Made by a program: the position numbers and the translations under genes. Below, piece by piece: positions 31,748-41,960 of a stretch of 64,000 nt of DNA (the first letter of the stretch is position 1; each line of letters opens with the position of its first letter). The stretch comes from an uncultured Candidatus Binatia bacterium. GTDB lineage: Bacteria; Desulfobacterota; Binatia; UBA9968; JAJDTQ01. The stretch covers positions 864,001 through 928,000 of the forward strand of contig OZ219754.1 of assembly GCA_964291295.2 (NCBI GenBank), written 5' to 3'. The notes under the pieces are model-generated. The model did not search any database and was not told the origin of the DNA. It saw only the letters and a program-made list of their open reading frames with translations.

Positions 31748-32224
31748 TCAGTCTCCTCCTTGCCGCTCCCGTTCGTGAAGCCCGGCGTGTTGCCGGGGCG
31801 TCTCGGGCCGCGTGTCCCTGCCCTTCCCCCGGGTGAGCCGCAGCGTGCCGACGAACTTGACGTTGGCGCAGGCGTCGGCTCCGCCGGTGGCGCATCCTTC
31901 GTCGTCGGGGATGAGGAAGCGCAACGGCCCGCCCTTGTCCCGGGGCAGGGGGGCGCCGCCGACGCGGTAGGCGATGAGCGCGTGGCGAAGTGTCTCCAGA
32001 GGCACGCTGGCGGCAAAGCCGCCGTCGGTGGATTCCACGGTGAGGTAGTCCAGGTCCGGTGCGGGTTGAAGATGGTCGAGGATGGCCTGAAGCGTCACCG
32101 CGCCGCCGACCCGGCCGGGGATCAGCGTGCCGACGTCGGCGACCTGGCCGTCCAGGGCCGCAAGCCGCCGGAAGTCGAGTTCCAGCGCGGGCTTCCCTTC
32201 CTGTTCGATGCGCAGACCGCTCAT
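31748..32224 (-). CDS. Small molybdopterin-dependent oxidoreductase domain protein (Oxidored_molyb-like)
   Basis: STDGGFAASVPL, AYRVGGAPLPRDKGGPLRFLIP, NVKFV. Confidence 0.7.
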   Translation of the reverse strand: MSGLRIEQEGKPALELDFRRLAALDGQVADVGTLIPGRVGGAVTLQAILDHLQPAPDLDYLTVESTDGGFAASVPLETLRHALIAYRVGGAPLPRDKGGPLRFLIPDDEGCATGGADACANVKFVGTLRLTRGKGRDTRPETPRQHAGLHERERQGGD

Positions 32225-32337
32225 GGTTCCCTCCTGTGGCCAGCGTACCGTTAACCGCCCGTCTGCTCAAGCGTCGCGGAAGGCGGTGCGGCACGACCCT
32301 TGGCGGTTGACGCAGCGGGAAGGAACGCAGCGCCCCC

Positions 32338-32541
32338 TCACCGCTGGTGGCGGATCATGAGCCCTCCCGGACGTGCGCCAGGATCGACCTTGGGTTGCAG
32401 GGCAGGCGCCATCAGGTGGGCCAGATGGTGGCGCACGCCCATCGCGGTCATCGCCAGTTGTCGGGCAAGGATGCGCACCGACTGCGGACCGCGGGTTTTC
32501 AGGCTGCGCAGGATATGTTCCTGGTTGCGCGCGAGTCGCAC
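32338..32541 (-). pseudogene. Truncated winged-HTH regulator (SufR/ArsR-like N-terminus)
   Basis: ILRSLKTRGPQSVRILARQLAMTAMGVRHHLAHL, after which similarity is lost. Confidence 0.55.
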
Positions 32542-32641
32542 GGCAAGCTCCTGTATGCCTTTTCGTGGTTTATCGGTATGCGGGGCGAAAGGTTTACCTG
32601 CGCGGCGGCGCGTCCGGGGCCGGAAGCGGCCGCGCCGCGAA

Positions 32642-32671
32642 TTGCAATCGCCCCCGCGATTCGGTTATAAA
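32642..32671 (+). promoter_or_regulatory. Sigma70-like promoter of the autotransporter, -10 inside an inverted repeat
   Basis: TTGCAA, 17-18 nt, (T)TATAAA; CCGCGATT...AATCGCGG palindrome spans the -10. Confidence 0.55.
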
Positions 32672-32734
32672 TCGCGGCACAATATTTCGCCGCGCCAGCG
32701 ATGCGGCGGAATATTGGGGGCAGGAGGACGAGCC

Positions 32735-35700
32735 ATGGCCGTAACTGCGACAAATACGCGACAAATACAAGCGCGAAGACGACGGGCGATCTTGCCGCGG
32801 CTGTTCTGGCGGGGCGCGAGCGCCTCGCGCGCGAACCCCGTACCCCCCCCCCCCCCCCCGAAAACCGGCTGCGGGGCTGAGCCGGTGAACGCCCTCCGGA
32901 GAGCCGGACATGGGCTGAAGGCCGCGTTCACCGCCGGCCTGCTGTTGGCGTTGGCCGCTGTCCTCGCGCCCCAGGACGCAGGGGCGCAAGACTTCACGAT
33001 CACCGTGGGACCGGGCTCCAAACAGGTCACCCTGAACTACCGAACAAGCCGGCCTCCAAGCTCGATCCGGGAATGGGGCTACCAAGTGGGAACCTCCTCG
33101 AGAAATTACCAAAGCAACGTAGCCATTCCCGACTCCGGAGGAAAAAGCTCGGGGTCGCATGTCGTGTCCGGCCTGACCTCGGGGGAAACCTACTACTTCC
33201 GCATACGGACGACCTCTACGGACGGCGCCAACACCTTTGGCAACGAGGTCTCCGTGACGCTGCCGACTGTCACCCTCACGGTGAACGGAAACGATGGATG
33301 GTTCGGTTTCGAGTGGGTGTACGACGGCCCGACTGACGGCGCGGTGAGCTGGCAGCTCGAGTGGATCCGGCTCTCGGACCGAAACGGAGAGGGCCGGTGG
33401 CTTGATTTACCCGGCGGCGTCGCCCTCAGAGCATACAGCTACAGCGCAACCAACGGCGAGACTGGCATCTTCCGGGTTCGGCTGGTGGGTCCGGGCGGGC
33501 GGACCACGATCGCGTCGAGCACCGTCAACAACCAGGGCTGGGTCGAGGCCACGCCGCGGGCGGCGACCCCGACGCTGGTCTCCACTGCGAGCCGGACCTT
33601 GGCAGTGACTCCGGGCGGGACGGTGAATGCGTGCTTCAACCTGCTTTCGGTCACGGCGGGCGACACGACGTATCTGGAGGCGCGCCCCGGCCAGACGGCT
33701 GTCGCCCAGCATGCGGCGCTGTCGCACGGCACCCACGGTGTCCGGATCTCGAGCAATGTCGACGGCGTGCGGACGGAAGTCGGCCAGAACCTGTATCCCT
33801 GCGCCGCGCTGGGCGTCGGCGTCCATACGGTCCGCTGGCACTGGAAGGGCCATGACGGCACGGCGGCGACGGAGGCGTCTACATCCACCACGTTCACCGT
33901 CGTGCAGGTTCCCGACCGGACGAAGGACCTGAGCGCCAACCCGGTTTCCGGCAAACCGGGTGAGATCTTTCTGAGGTGGCGCGATCCGATCGAATCCGGG
34001 ATCACCTGGGAATATCAGTACAAGGAGGGCGCCGGGAGTTACGGTGCGTGGACGGCGGCTTCGCTTCAGTCTACGGGTATCCCGGATACCCTCGGAACCA
34101 CCGTGACGGGCCTGAAGCCCGGCACGACATACACGTTCCAGGTCCGGGCGCGGAATGACGGCGGCGCCGGCGCGGCCTCCGCGGAGGAGAGCGCGACCAC
34201 TGTCGCGCCTTTGGTGCCGGCTGCGCCGACGGGGTTTGCGGCATCTCCGGGGAGCACGAAGGTGTGGCTGACCTGGACCGACCCGGAGGACGCCAGCATC
34301 ACCGGCTGGGAGTATCAGCAGAAGGCGGGGGGCGGGAGTTACGGTTCGTGGACAGCGGTTACGGGTTCGACGGCGACGACGACACACGTCGAAGTGACGG
34401 GTCTGACCAACGACACGGCCTATGCGTTCAAGCTTCGGGCGGTGAGCGATGCCGGCAACGGTACGGCGTCGGCTGAACAGACGGCCACGCCGGGGGCTCA
34501 GGTTGCGGCGGTGCTGACGGGCACGGCGGGCGCCGACGGCGCGCATGATCTCACTTGGACGACGACCTCCGGCGGCCCGCACAGGATCGTCAACAACGCC
34601 AATCACATCGGCCTCTGGTACGCGTATTACCGGGCCAGGGGTAGAACAACATGGGGCGGGCCGAGCTACACGGGCGGCGCCGGCACCCGGAAATGGTCAA
34701 CTTCGGGGTCGCCGCACGGCGCGGTTTTTGAGTATCTCGTCCAGCCGGCCGGGTCTCGCATCATCGCCGGCCTCGGCTCCTTCAACTGGAAAGGCCCGGA
34801 GTCCAATGTGATCGAGCTGACGGTCAACAAGCCGGATTCGCCGGCGCTGACGTTCGCGGATGCGCCGGTGACGGTTTCGCCGGGACAGACGGCGACCTAC
34901 ACGGTGAAGCTGAACCAGGCGTTTGCGGGGACGCTTGCGCTGTCGAGTTCGGCGGCGGGCAAGGCGAGGGTGAGTCCGTCGAGCCTGACGTTCACGACGA
35001 GCAACTACAACGTGGCGCGGGCGGTGACGGTGACCGGGGTGGCGGCGGGGACGGCGACGCTCAACCATGCGTTCACGCTGACGGGGGCCTCGAAGACGTT
35101 CATCCCGGATGCGGGGACGGTGTCGGTAACGGTGGGCTCGGGCGGGGGCCAGGTTCCGGCGAAGCCGACGGTGTTTGCAGCGGCGGCGGGCAACGGGCAG
35201 GCGGTGCTGACGTGGGCCAACCCGAACAACGCGAGCATCACGGGCTACAAGCTGCGCTACGCCAAGACGGGCGACAGGAGCAGCGCGACGTGGACCGCCA
35301 TCCCGGGTTCGGGCGCGACCACCGCGACCCACACGGTGATGGGGCTGGACAACGATGCCGAATACAGCTTCCGGCTGCGCGCGGTGAACGGCGCGGGCGA
35401 CGGTGCCGCCACCGACTGGGTGACGGCGACACCCTCGTCGGCGCCGGCGGCGCTGGCGAAGCCGGTGAAGCCGGTTCTGACGGCGGCGGCGGGCGACGGC
35501 TCGGTCACCCTGAGCTGGAGCGCCCAGACGGATATCGCGAGTTGGGTCTACCAGTACAAGAGCGGGGCCGGCAGCTGGAGCGCGACCCGGACGGTTTCGG
35601 ACGGGAGTGCCACGAGTACGGAGGTGACGGGGCTGACGAACGGGACGGCCTACACGTTCCGGCTGTTCGCCCGGCGCGGCAGCGGCGCCTCGGCCGTTCA

Positions 35701-38700
35701 GTCGGTGTGGTCGGACGAGGTGACGGCGACGCCGGTGGGGGTGGTGGTTTCGAAGTCGGCGCTGACGGTGGCGGAAGGAGCGAGCGGGGCCTACACGGTG
35801 AAGTTGAGCACGGCGCCGTCGTCGGATGTGACGGTGACGGTGGGCGGCGCGTCGGGCGACGTGACGGTGAGTCCGCCGAGCCTGACGTTCACCAGCACCA
35901 GCTACAACACGGCGCAGACGGTGACGGTGAGCGCGGCGCAGGACCCCGACGGGGACACGGACCCGGCGGTGACGCTGTCGCACAGCGCGTCGGGCGGGGG
36001 CTACGGCTCGGTTGCGGTCGACAATGTGGTGGTGACGGTAACGGAGGACGACACGAAGGGGGTGACGGTGTCGTCCGGCGCGCTGACGGTGGTGGAAGGG
36101 GGGACCGGGAGCTACACGGTGAAGCTGGACACGCAGCCGTCGGGAGAGGTGGTGGTGACGGTGGAGGGCGCGTCGGGGGATGTGACGGTGCCGGATTCGC
36201 AGTTGCGGTTTGCTGTGAACAACTGGAGCGAGGCGCAGACGGTGACGGTGAACGCCGCCCTGGATACGGACGCGGACACGGACCCCGACGTGACGTTGAC
36301 CCACGGCGTGTCGGGCGGCGGCTACGGCTCGGTGAGCATCGCAGACGTGGTGGTGAGCGTGACCGAGGCGGTTTCGCTGCCGGCCGCGCCGACGGGCCTC
36401 ACCGCCACGGGGGGCAACGGGCAGGTGGTGCTGACGTGGAGCAACCCGAGCGATGCGAGCATCACCGGCTACGAGCTGAGCCACGGCAAGACGGGCGTCA
36501 GGGGGAGCGCGGCCTGGACCGCGATTTCGAGTGCGGGCGCCACCACGACGACCCACACGGTGACGGGCCTGGACAACGACAGCGAGTACAGCTTCCGGCT
36601 GCGCGCGGTGAACCCTGCGGGCAATGGCGCCGAGACGGGCTGGGTGACGGCGACGCCGCAGACGCCGACGGTGCCCGGCGTGACGGTATCGACCGCTGCG
36701 CTGCGGGTGGCGGAGGGCGGCTCCGGCACGTACACGGTGAGGCTGGACACGGCGCCGTCGAGCGATGTGACGGTGACGGTGGACGGCGCGTCGGGGGACG
36801 TGACGGTAACGGGCACGCCGCTGACCTTCACCCCGAGCGACTGGACCGTCCCGCAGACGGTGACGGTGAACGCGGGGACGGACACGGACACGGACACGGA
36901 CCCCGACGTGACGCTGACGCACGGCGCGTCGGGGGGCGGCTACGGTTCGGTGAGCATCGCCTCGGTGGTGGTGAGCGTGGTGGAGAGCGGCGTGGCGCCG
37001 GCGAAGCCGACGGGCCTTGCCGCTGCGGCGGGCGACGGCTCGGTGACGCTGAGCTGGGCCGACCTGACGAACCCTACGGTCACGAAGTGGCAATACCGGC
37101 AGAAGGCCGTCGGCGGGGCTTGGGGCAAGTGGACGGACATGGACGGCTCCGATGCCGGCACGACCCGCCACGAGGTGAGGGGGTTGACCAACGGCACCGC
37201 CTACCAGTTCGAGGTGCGCGCGGTGAACGCGGCCGGCCCGGGGGCGGGCCCGGATGCGCCGGCGAGCGCGACGCCGGTGGCGGCTTCCGGCGGCGGCGGT
37301 GGCCCGACGGCCCCCCCGCCCCCAACTCCCGCGGCGGTCGGGGTGACGGTGACGCCGACCGCGCTGACGGTGGAGGAGGGGAGCAGCGCCACCTACACGG
37401 TGAAGCTGGACACCGAGCCGTCGGCGGATGTGACGGTGAGGGTGAGCGGCGCGTCGGGCGAGGTGACGGTGACGGGGTCTCCGCTCACCTTCACGCCGGG
37501 CGATTACAGCACGGCGCAGACGATCACGGTGAATGCCGGGGCCGACGACGACACGACCGACGACAGGGCGACGTTGACGCATGCGGCTTCCAGCAGTGAC
37601 CCGGACTACGGGGCGTCGCTTGAGATCGATGACGTCGAGGTGACGGTCACCGACACGACGCCGTTGCCGGTGCTGACGCTGGCGCAGGACCCTGCTGCGG
37701 TGGCCGAAGGAGAGGACATCCGTCTCGTGGTGACCGCCGACCGGGCGCTGACGGGCAGTCTGCGAGTGAGCTTGACGCTGGCGGCGCGCGGTGCCGGCGG
37801 CTTCGATGCCGGGGACGTTCCGGGCGGGCTCGGGCCGAGGCTGTTCGATGCGTTGTTCGGCGCCGCGGGGAGCCGGACGGGAGTGGTGACGATTCCGACG
37901 GCGGCGGATACGGATGTGGAAGGCGCGGAGGGCTACCGGGTGACGCTGAACGATGCGGCGGACTACACGGTGGGGAGCGACGCCACGGCCGCGGGTGTGC
38001 TGCGCGACCGGGCGCCGGAGTCTGCGGCGCGGGCGAACCGGGTGAATGCCGCAGTGCTGCCGCAAGTGGCTGCGGCGGCGATGTCGCAGACGCTGGGGGC
38101 GGTGACGGGGCGCATCGAGGCGGCGGCGTCCGGCAAGTCGGGCGGCTCGATGCAGTTCGGCGCCCTGCCGTCGCCGGTGGAGGATGACCGGGCCGTGCTG
38201 CCGCGTTGGGATCGTTCCGGCCCGACCTTGCGCGAGATGCTGGACGGGGCGTCCTTCACGCTGGCGCCCGGCAGTGCCGCCGGCGAGGCGTTCCCGGCTC
38301 CGCTTGCGGTATGGGGCCGGGGCGAGTGGGTATCGGTGTCGGGTTCGGAGAAGGACGTGTCGTGGGACGGCGGGCTGTGGTCGGCGCAGTTGGGGGCGGA
38401 CCTGCGGGTGCGCCCGGACTTGCTGGCCGGGGCGGCGCTGTCCCATGCGTGGGGCGAACTGGACACGGAGACGAGCGGCGGCGGCGGTCGGGTGAAGGGC
38501 GTGCACGAGACGGTGGTCACGTCGTTCAACCCCTATGCGGCGTGGCTGGCACCGGACGGCTCGACCCTGTGGGCAAGCCTCGGCTACGGCCGGGGCGAGG
38601 TGCGGGTCCGGGAGAAGGGTGCGCCGGTGCGCAGCGCCGGCCTGACGCAGTGGAGTGCGTCTGCGGGCGGTCGGGGCGTACTGGCCGAGGATGCGGCGCT

Positions 38701-39421
38701 GATCGGGGGCGGGGTGACGCGCCTTGCGTTGAAGGGCGAGGGTTCGGCCGCGCGTTTGCGCACGGGGGCCGATGACGGTCTGACGGCGCTGACGGTGAAG
38801 ACGACGCGGCTGCGTCTGCTGCTGGAGGGGTCGTACGAGCACGCGCTGGAGGGCGGTGCGACGCTGACGCCGGTGCTGGAGGCGGGGGTGCGTCATGACG
38901 GGGGCGACGCCGCCGAAGGGGCGGGCCTTGAGGCCGGTGCGAGCGTGACCTGGCGGGACCCGGCGGCGGGTCTGACGGCGGCGTTGCGCGCGCGGCTTCT
39001 GGCGGTGCATGAGGCGGACCGCGACGAGTGGGGGGTGAGCGCGCTGGTGCGCCTCGACCCCGGGGCCGACGGTCGGGGGACGTTCCTGAGCTTCGGTCCC
39101 GCGCACGGGCGAACGGAGAGCGGTCTCGGGCAGTGGTTCGACCACAGCCTGCCCGCGGCCGCATCCGGCGCGGCGCCGGAAGAGGCGCGGAGCCGTCTGG
39201 AGGCCGAGGTGGGCCACGGGTTCGGCCTTACCGGTCCGGGGCCTCTGGCGGTGCTGACGCCCTGGGCCGGGCTGAGTCTGGCGGAGACGGGCGGGCGCAC
39301 GCTGCGGCTCGGCGTGCGCTACCGCCTTGGTACGAGGCTTTCGCTCGGCCTCGAGGGCGCGCACCGGCCGGGCCCGGCTCCCGAAGACAGCCTCCTGCTG
39401 CGCGGCGCGCTCCGCTGGTAG
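32735..39421 (+). CDS. Large autotransporter adhesin with fibronectin type III and Calx-beta-like repeats (~2228 aa)
   Basis: RBS CAGGAGG then ATG 32735; extended signal peptide ending AGAQ; repeated V.LTW...Y...VTGL.N...Y.F..RAVN and VTVS...LTV.EG...YTVKL modules; C-terminal barrel (WGRG...GAD...LRW). Confidence 0.88.
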   Translation: MAVTATNTRQIQARRRRAILPRLFWRGASASRANPVPPPPPPKTGCGAEPVNALRRAGHGLKAAFTAGLLLALAAVLAPQDAGAQDFTITVGPGSKQVTLNYRTSRPPSSIREWGYQVGTSSRNYQSNVAIPDSGGKSSGSHVVSGLTSGETYYFRIRTTSTDGANTFGNEVSVTLPTVTLTVNGNDGWFGFEWVYDGPTDGAVSWQLEWIRLSDRNGEGRWLDLPGGVALRAYSYSATNGETGIFRVRLVGPGGRTTIASSTVNNQGWVEATPRAATPTLVSTASRTLAVTPGGTVNACFNLLSVTAGDTTYLEARPGQTAVAQHAALSHGTHGVRISSNVDGVRTEVGQNLYPCAALGVGVHTVRWHWKGHDGTAATEASTSTTFTVVQVPDRTKDLSANPVSGKPGEIFLRWRDPIESGITWEYQYKEGAGSYGAWTAASLQSTGIPDTLGTTVTGLKPGTTYTFQVRARNDGGAGAASAEESATTVAPLVPAAPTGFAASPGSTKVWLTWTDPEDASITGWEYQQKAGGGSYGSWTAVTGSTATTTHVEVTGLTNDTAYAFKLRAVSDAGNGTASAEQTATPGAQVAAVLTGTAGADGAHDLTWTTTSGGPHRIVNNANHIGLWYAYYRARGRTTWGGPSYTGGAGTRKWSTSGSPHGAVFEYLVQPAGSRIIAGLGSFNWKGPESNVIELTVNKPDSPALTFADAPVTVSPGQTATYTVKLNQAFAGTLALSSSAAGKARVSPSSLTFTTSNYNVARAVTVTGVAAGTATLNHAFTLTGASKTFIPDAGTVSVTVGSGGGQVPAKPTVFAAAAGNGQAVLTWANPNNASITGYKLRYAKTGDRSSATWTAIPGSGATTATHTVMGLDNDAEYSFRLRAVNGAGDGAATDWVTATPSSAPAALAKPVKPVLTAAAGDGSVTLSWSAQTDIASWVYQYKSGAGSWSATRTVSDGSATSTEVTGLTNGTAYTFRLFARRGSGASAVQSVWSDEVTATPVGVVVSKSALTVAEGASGAYTVKLSTAPSSDVTVTVGGASGDVTVSPPSLTFTSTSYNTAQTVTVSAAQDPDGDTDPAVTLSHSASGGGYGSVAVDNVVVTVTEDDTKGVTVSSGALTVVEGGTGSYTVKLDTQPSGEVVVTVEGASGDVTVPDSQLRFAVNNWSEAQTVTVNAALDTDADTDPDVTLTHGVSGGGYGSVSIADVVVSVTEAVSLPAAPTGLTATGGNGQVVLTWSNPSDASITGYELSHGKTGVRGSAAWTAISSAGATTTTHTVTGLDNDSEYSFRLRAVNPAGNGAETGWVTATPQTPTVPGVTVSTAALRVAEGGSGTYTVRLDTAPSSDVTVTVDGASGDVTVTGTPLTFTPSDWTVPQTVTVNAGTDTDTDTDPDVTLTHGASGGGYGSVSIASVVVSVVESGVAPAKPTGLAAAAGDGSVTLSWADLTNPTVTKWQYRQKAVGGAWGKWTDMDGSDAGTTRHEVRGLTNGTAYQFEVRAVNAAGPGAGPDAPASATPVAASGGGGGPTAPPPPTPAAVGVTVTPTALTVEEGSSATYTVKLDTEPSADVTVRVSGASGEVTVTGSPLTFTPGDYSTAQTITVNAGADDDTTDDRATLTHAASSSDPDYGASLEIDDVEVTVTDTTPLPVLTLAQDPAAVAEGEDIRLVVTADRALTGSLRVSLTLAARGAGGFDAGDVPGGLGPRLFDALFGAAGSRTGVVTIPTAADTDVEGAEGYRVTLNDAADYTVGSDATAAGVLRDRAPESAARANRVNAAVLPQVAAAAMSQTLGAVTGRIEAAASGKSGGSMQFGALPSPVEDDRAVLPRWDRSGPTLREMLDGASFTLAPGSAAGEAFPAPLAVWGRGEWVSVSGSEKDVSWDGGLWSAQLGADLRVRPDLLAGAALSHAWGELDTETSGGGGRVKGVHETVVTSFNPYAAWLAPDGSTLWASLGYGRGEVRVREKGAPVRSAGLTQWSASAGGRGVLAEDAALIGGGVTRLALKGEGSAARLRTGADDGLTALTVKTTRLRLLLEGSYEHALEGGATLTPVLEAGVRHDGGDAAEGAGLEAGASVTWRDPAAGLTAALRARLLAVHEADRDEWGVSALVRLDPGADGRGTFLSFGPAHGRTESGLGQWFDHSLPAAASGAAPEEARSRLEAEVGHGFGLTGPGPLAVLTPWAGLSLAETGGRTLRLGVRYRLGTRLSLGLEGAHRPGPAPEDSLLLRGALRW
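32843..32859 (+). repeat. C17 homopolymer in the autotransporter signal-peptide extension (PPPPPP)
   Basis: tacccccccc cccccccccg, 17 consecutive C. Confidence 0.9.
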
Positions 39422-39463
39422 GAAACGCCCGGCGATGACGCGCACCGCCGAAGAGGCGGGCGA

Positions 39464-39691
39464 TCATGGGGCGGCGGTGTCGTCCGCGAGGTTCCCCCGG
39501 AGGCTCCCGGCGACGCGCGCCGCCGACGCCTTCACCGAGTCGCGCGCGAGGTTCGGGTCGCGGGCCGTGGTCTGCACTTTCCGGTGACCGAGCATCCTGC
39601 CGATTATCGGCAGAATCTCGCCAAGCGCGAGAGCCCTGCTGTCACGACCGTGTCTGATCTCACGGACACGAACGTCATCCTCGAATGCCAC
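39464..39691 (-). pseudogene. Tyrosine integrase C-terminal remnant
   Basis: VRVREIRH..SRALALGE.LPIIGRMLGHRKVQTTARD.NLARDSVKASA, a degenerate HxLRH...LGH...T..Y box with the catalytic Tyr lost. Confidence 0.78.
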
Positions 39692-40147
39692 CCCAAGGAT
39701 GCCACCACAAGGGTTGGTGGCGAGCGCTGACGGGCGGCTATTCGGTCGAAACCGTCGAGGACTGCGTGGCGGAAACGCAGACGGGTTTTCAGCGCCGGCG
39801 GCCCGAGCAACGGATCGACATCGTGGAACTGCGCGTGTCGCTGACGGCGGTTCACATTGTCGGGGATCGCCAGCTTGCTGAACCGGGCGTGCGGATATCC
39901 GACATTACGCTGGACCGGGGCGGGGTCTTGCTCCGGGCGCAGGCGGTCCAGCGGGGCGATGCCTGGCTGTCATTCGGGCCGGACAGCGCCAGCCTGCGCT
40001 TCGGGGTCCGGCTCGGATGCCGCGAGCGGCGGGTGTCCCTGGAAAGGCTGCCAAGGTCGCAGGTCACCGGTCAAGTCCGGCACTGAGAGAGGCGTACACA
40101 AGAAGCTGGCACGACAGGACGGTTGGCCAACTGGTTCTTGCGGAGCA

Positions 40148-40609
40148 ATGCGGGGCATGAAGCGGCATCTGACGCAGCGATCGGCCGGTTTGCAAGGGCT
40201 GGCGGCTGTCCTGCTCGTCCTGGCAGCTGGAGCCGGTATTGGCGGGTATCTTTATTTCCAGGGGCGCGGCGACGCCCCCGGGAACGGTTTGCCGATCGTG
40301 TCGGTTACCGTGCCCGAGACCCTCTCGGTGCGGGCGCAACTTGGGCGAAGGACCTACGAAGCCCGCTGCGCCGCATGCCACGGCCGGCATGCGGCGGGAC
40401 AGGACGGAGTCGCCCCGCCGCTGATCCACATCATCTACGAGCCCGGCCATCACGGTGACGAGTCGTTCCAGCGGGCGGTGGCCCGGGGTGTCCGGGCGCA
40501 CCACTGGCGTTTTGGGGACATGCCGCCGATGGACGGTCTTACCCGCCGCGACGTGGCGCCGGTCATCGCCTATGTCCGGGAATTGCAACGGGCCAACGGC
40601 ATCCGATGA
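40148..40609 (+). CDS. Membrane-anchored monoheme cytochrome c
   Basis: N-terminal TM helix, CAACH, YEPGHHGD, HHWRFGDMPP with axial Met. Confidence 0.85.
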   Translation: MRGMKRHLTQRSAGLQGLAAVLLVLAAGAGIGGYLYFQGRGDAPGNGLPIVSVTVPETLSVRAQLGRRTYEARCAACHGRHAAGQDGVAPPLIHIIYEPGHHGDESFQRAVARGVRAHHWRFGDMPPMDGLTRRDVAPVIAYVRELQRANGIR

Positions 40610-40619
40610 GGGAGCGACC

Positions 40620-40845
40620 GTGAGAACGTTCCTCTGGCCGTAATCCTCGCCCGGTGCGGCGGCCCCGGCACTGTCCCATTCCGCCCTCGACGCCACCGCG
40701 CTGGAGGACGACGCCGTGCTGGCGCAGACGCCGCCGCACGTCGTCCTCATCTTCGCCAAACTCATACGCCTGACGCGGGTCCGCGTGACCGATGACGACG
40801 GAGCCGCGAGCGGTCTTGACCTGGGCGGCGGCCCGGCGCCGGGCC
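40620..40845 (+). pseudogene. Frameshifted, truncated CopC-like copper-binding protein
   Basis: GGGAG RBS and GTG start; signal peptide broken by frameshifts; then ALSHSALDATALEDDAVLAQTPPHVVLIFAKLIRLTRVRV resembling the CopC N-terminus. Confidence 0.6.
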
Positions 40846-41084
40846 GACAATTATCATATACAAGCAGCCAGTTGGTCGTTTGCCGGGGGGAGCCCGGCTT
40901 GAGGACTCGACAGCCTTGCGGACCGCGATGTGCGGCATGACCGCGACCCGGTGACGTTACCCAGAGTCCCCCATAAACGGCCGTACCGGAAATTTGCCCC
41001 GGGCAAGCGCTTCGATTCGGTTTTGGATCGGGGCGGGGTCGGAGGTCCGGTAGGACGGGGCGAACAGGAAATTGAAACTTGCCG

Positions 41085-41588
41085 TCAATTGCTCAGGCCG
41101 AACCGATTCTCCACGGCCAGCATCACCGCCCGCGCGTTTTCGGCTTCGTCCTGGGCTGTCCTCACCTTCCCCGTGAAATCTCCTGCATCGTTGAATTCCA
41201 AGTGTGCCTTCTCGTGGACGAGCTCTCGCCTTGCGCATTGCAGTTGTGCAACCTTCCTCAGTAGTTCTTCGTCCCCGCAATCGAGCAACCTCAATTTGTT
41301 TTCGTAGCTGGAGTGGTCGATTTTCTCCGTGTAGCCCTCTCTGCCGCGTCTCCCGACCATCAGAAGATGCAAGGCAGCTTCCAGCCAGATGCAGGTAAAG
41401 ACAATGGAGATCATCGCCTGTTTGAACGACGACCGCTCAGGATCGAAGGTCTTGACGACAACATTGCTTTTCTCCGGTCCCGGCCGGACATTCACATCCA
41501 TGTCTGCCGACATCGCCCTGCAGGCATCGTCCGCCATGGATCTGTAAACGTCGATATTCGTCAGAGGCAGCCTCGGTGCTGAGATCAT
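41085..41588 (-). CDS. Hypothetical protein with HEPN-like features
   Basis: All-helical pattern, SIVFTCIWLEAALH helix and RRELVH (Rx4H) motif; more AT-rich than its neighbours. Confidence 0.55.
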   Translation of the reverse strand: MISAPRLPLTNIDVYRSMADDACRAMSADMDVNVRPGPEKSNVVVKTFDPERSSFKQAMISIVFTCIWLEAALHLLMVGRRGREGYTEKIDHSSYENKLRLLDCGDEELLRKVAQLQCARRELVHEKAHLEFNDAGDFTGKVRTAQDEAENARAVMLAVENRFGLSN

Positions 41589-41960
41589 GTTCCCACTCCT
41601 TCTCGCGCTTTCCCTGCACGACAGTGCACCACATGCTGAAACCGAAGCCGCGAATACATGGCGGAAGGTCGCAAAGTCGCCCGGAACCCTCCCGGATTCG
41701 TCCCCTTCCTGGCGGTGGCGCGAGCCGGTGCTGTTCCCGACGGTTTCGACGATTCTGCGGTGCAGGACGGCGTCCGGATCGATGAGCCGGGTTCGCGATC
41801 CGTTGAGAAAGCTCTGGTGCAGGCTGGTCAGAGGCCAAGCCCGGACAGTGTTGCTTCAGGTGGAACTTGGTCACAACTGGAGATCCCGTCGTTACCCGCC
41901 CGTTTCCTCAAGCGTCGCGGGAGAGCGCTGTGCCGTCCCGACCCGATGCGGCAGCCCGGT

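Noticed and set aside
35150-37650. Template/variable repeat pair of a diversity-generating retroelement
   Set aside because: Repeats are in-frame domain duplications without adenine-specific mismatches, and there is no reverse transcriptase
39685-40086. 133-aa ORF between the integrase remnant and cytochrome c
   Set aside because: No recognisable motif or RBS; coding strand ambiguous; probably debris
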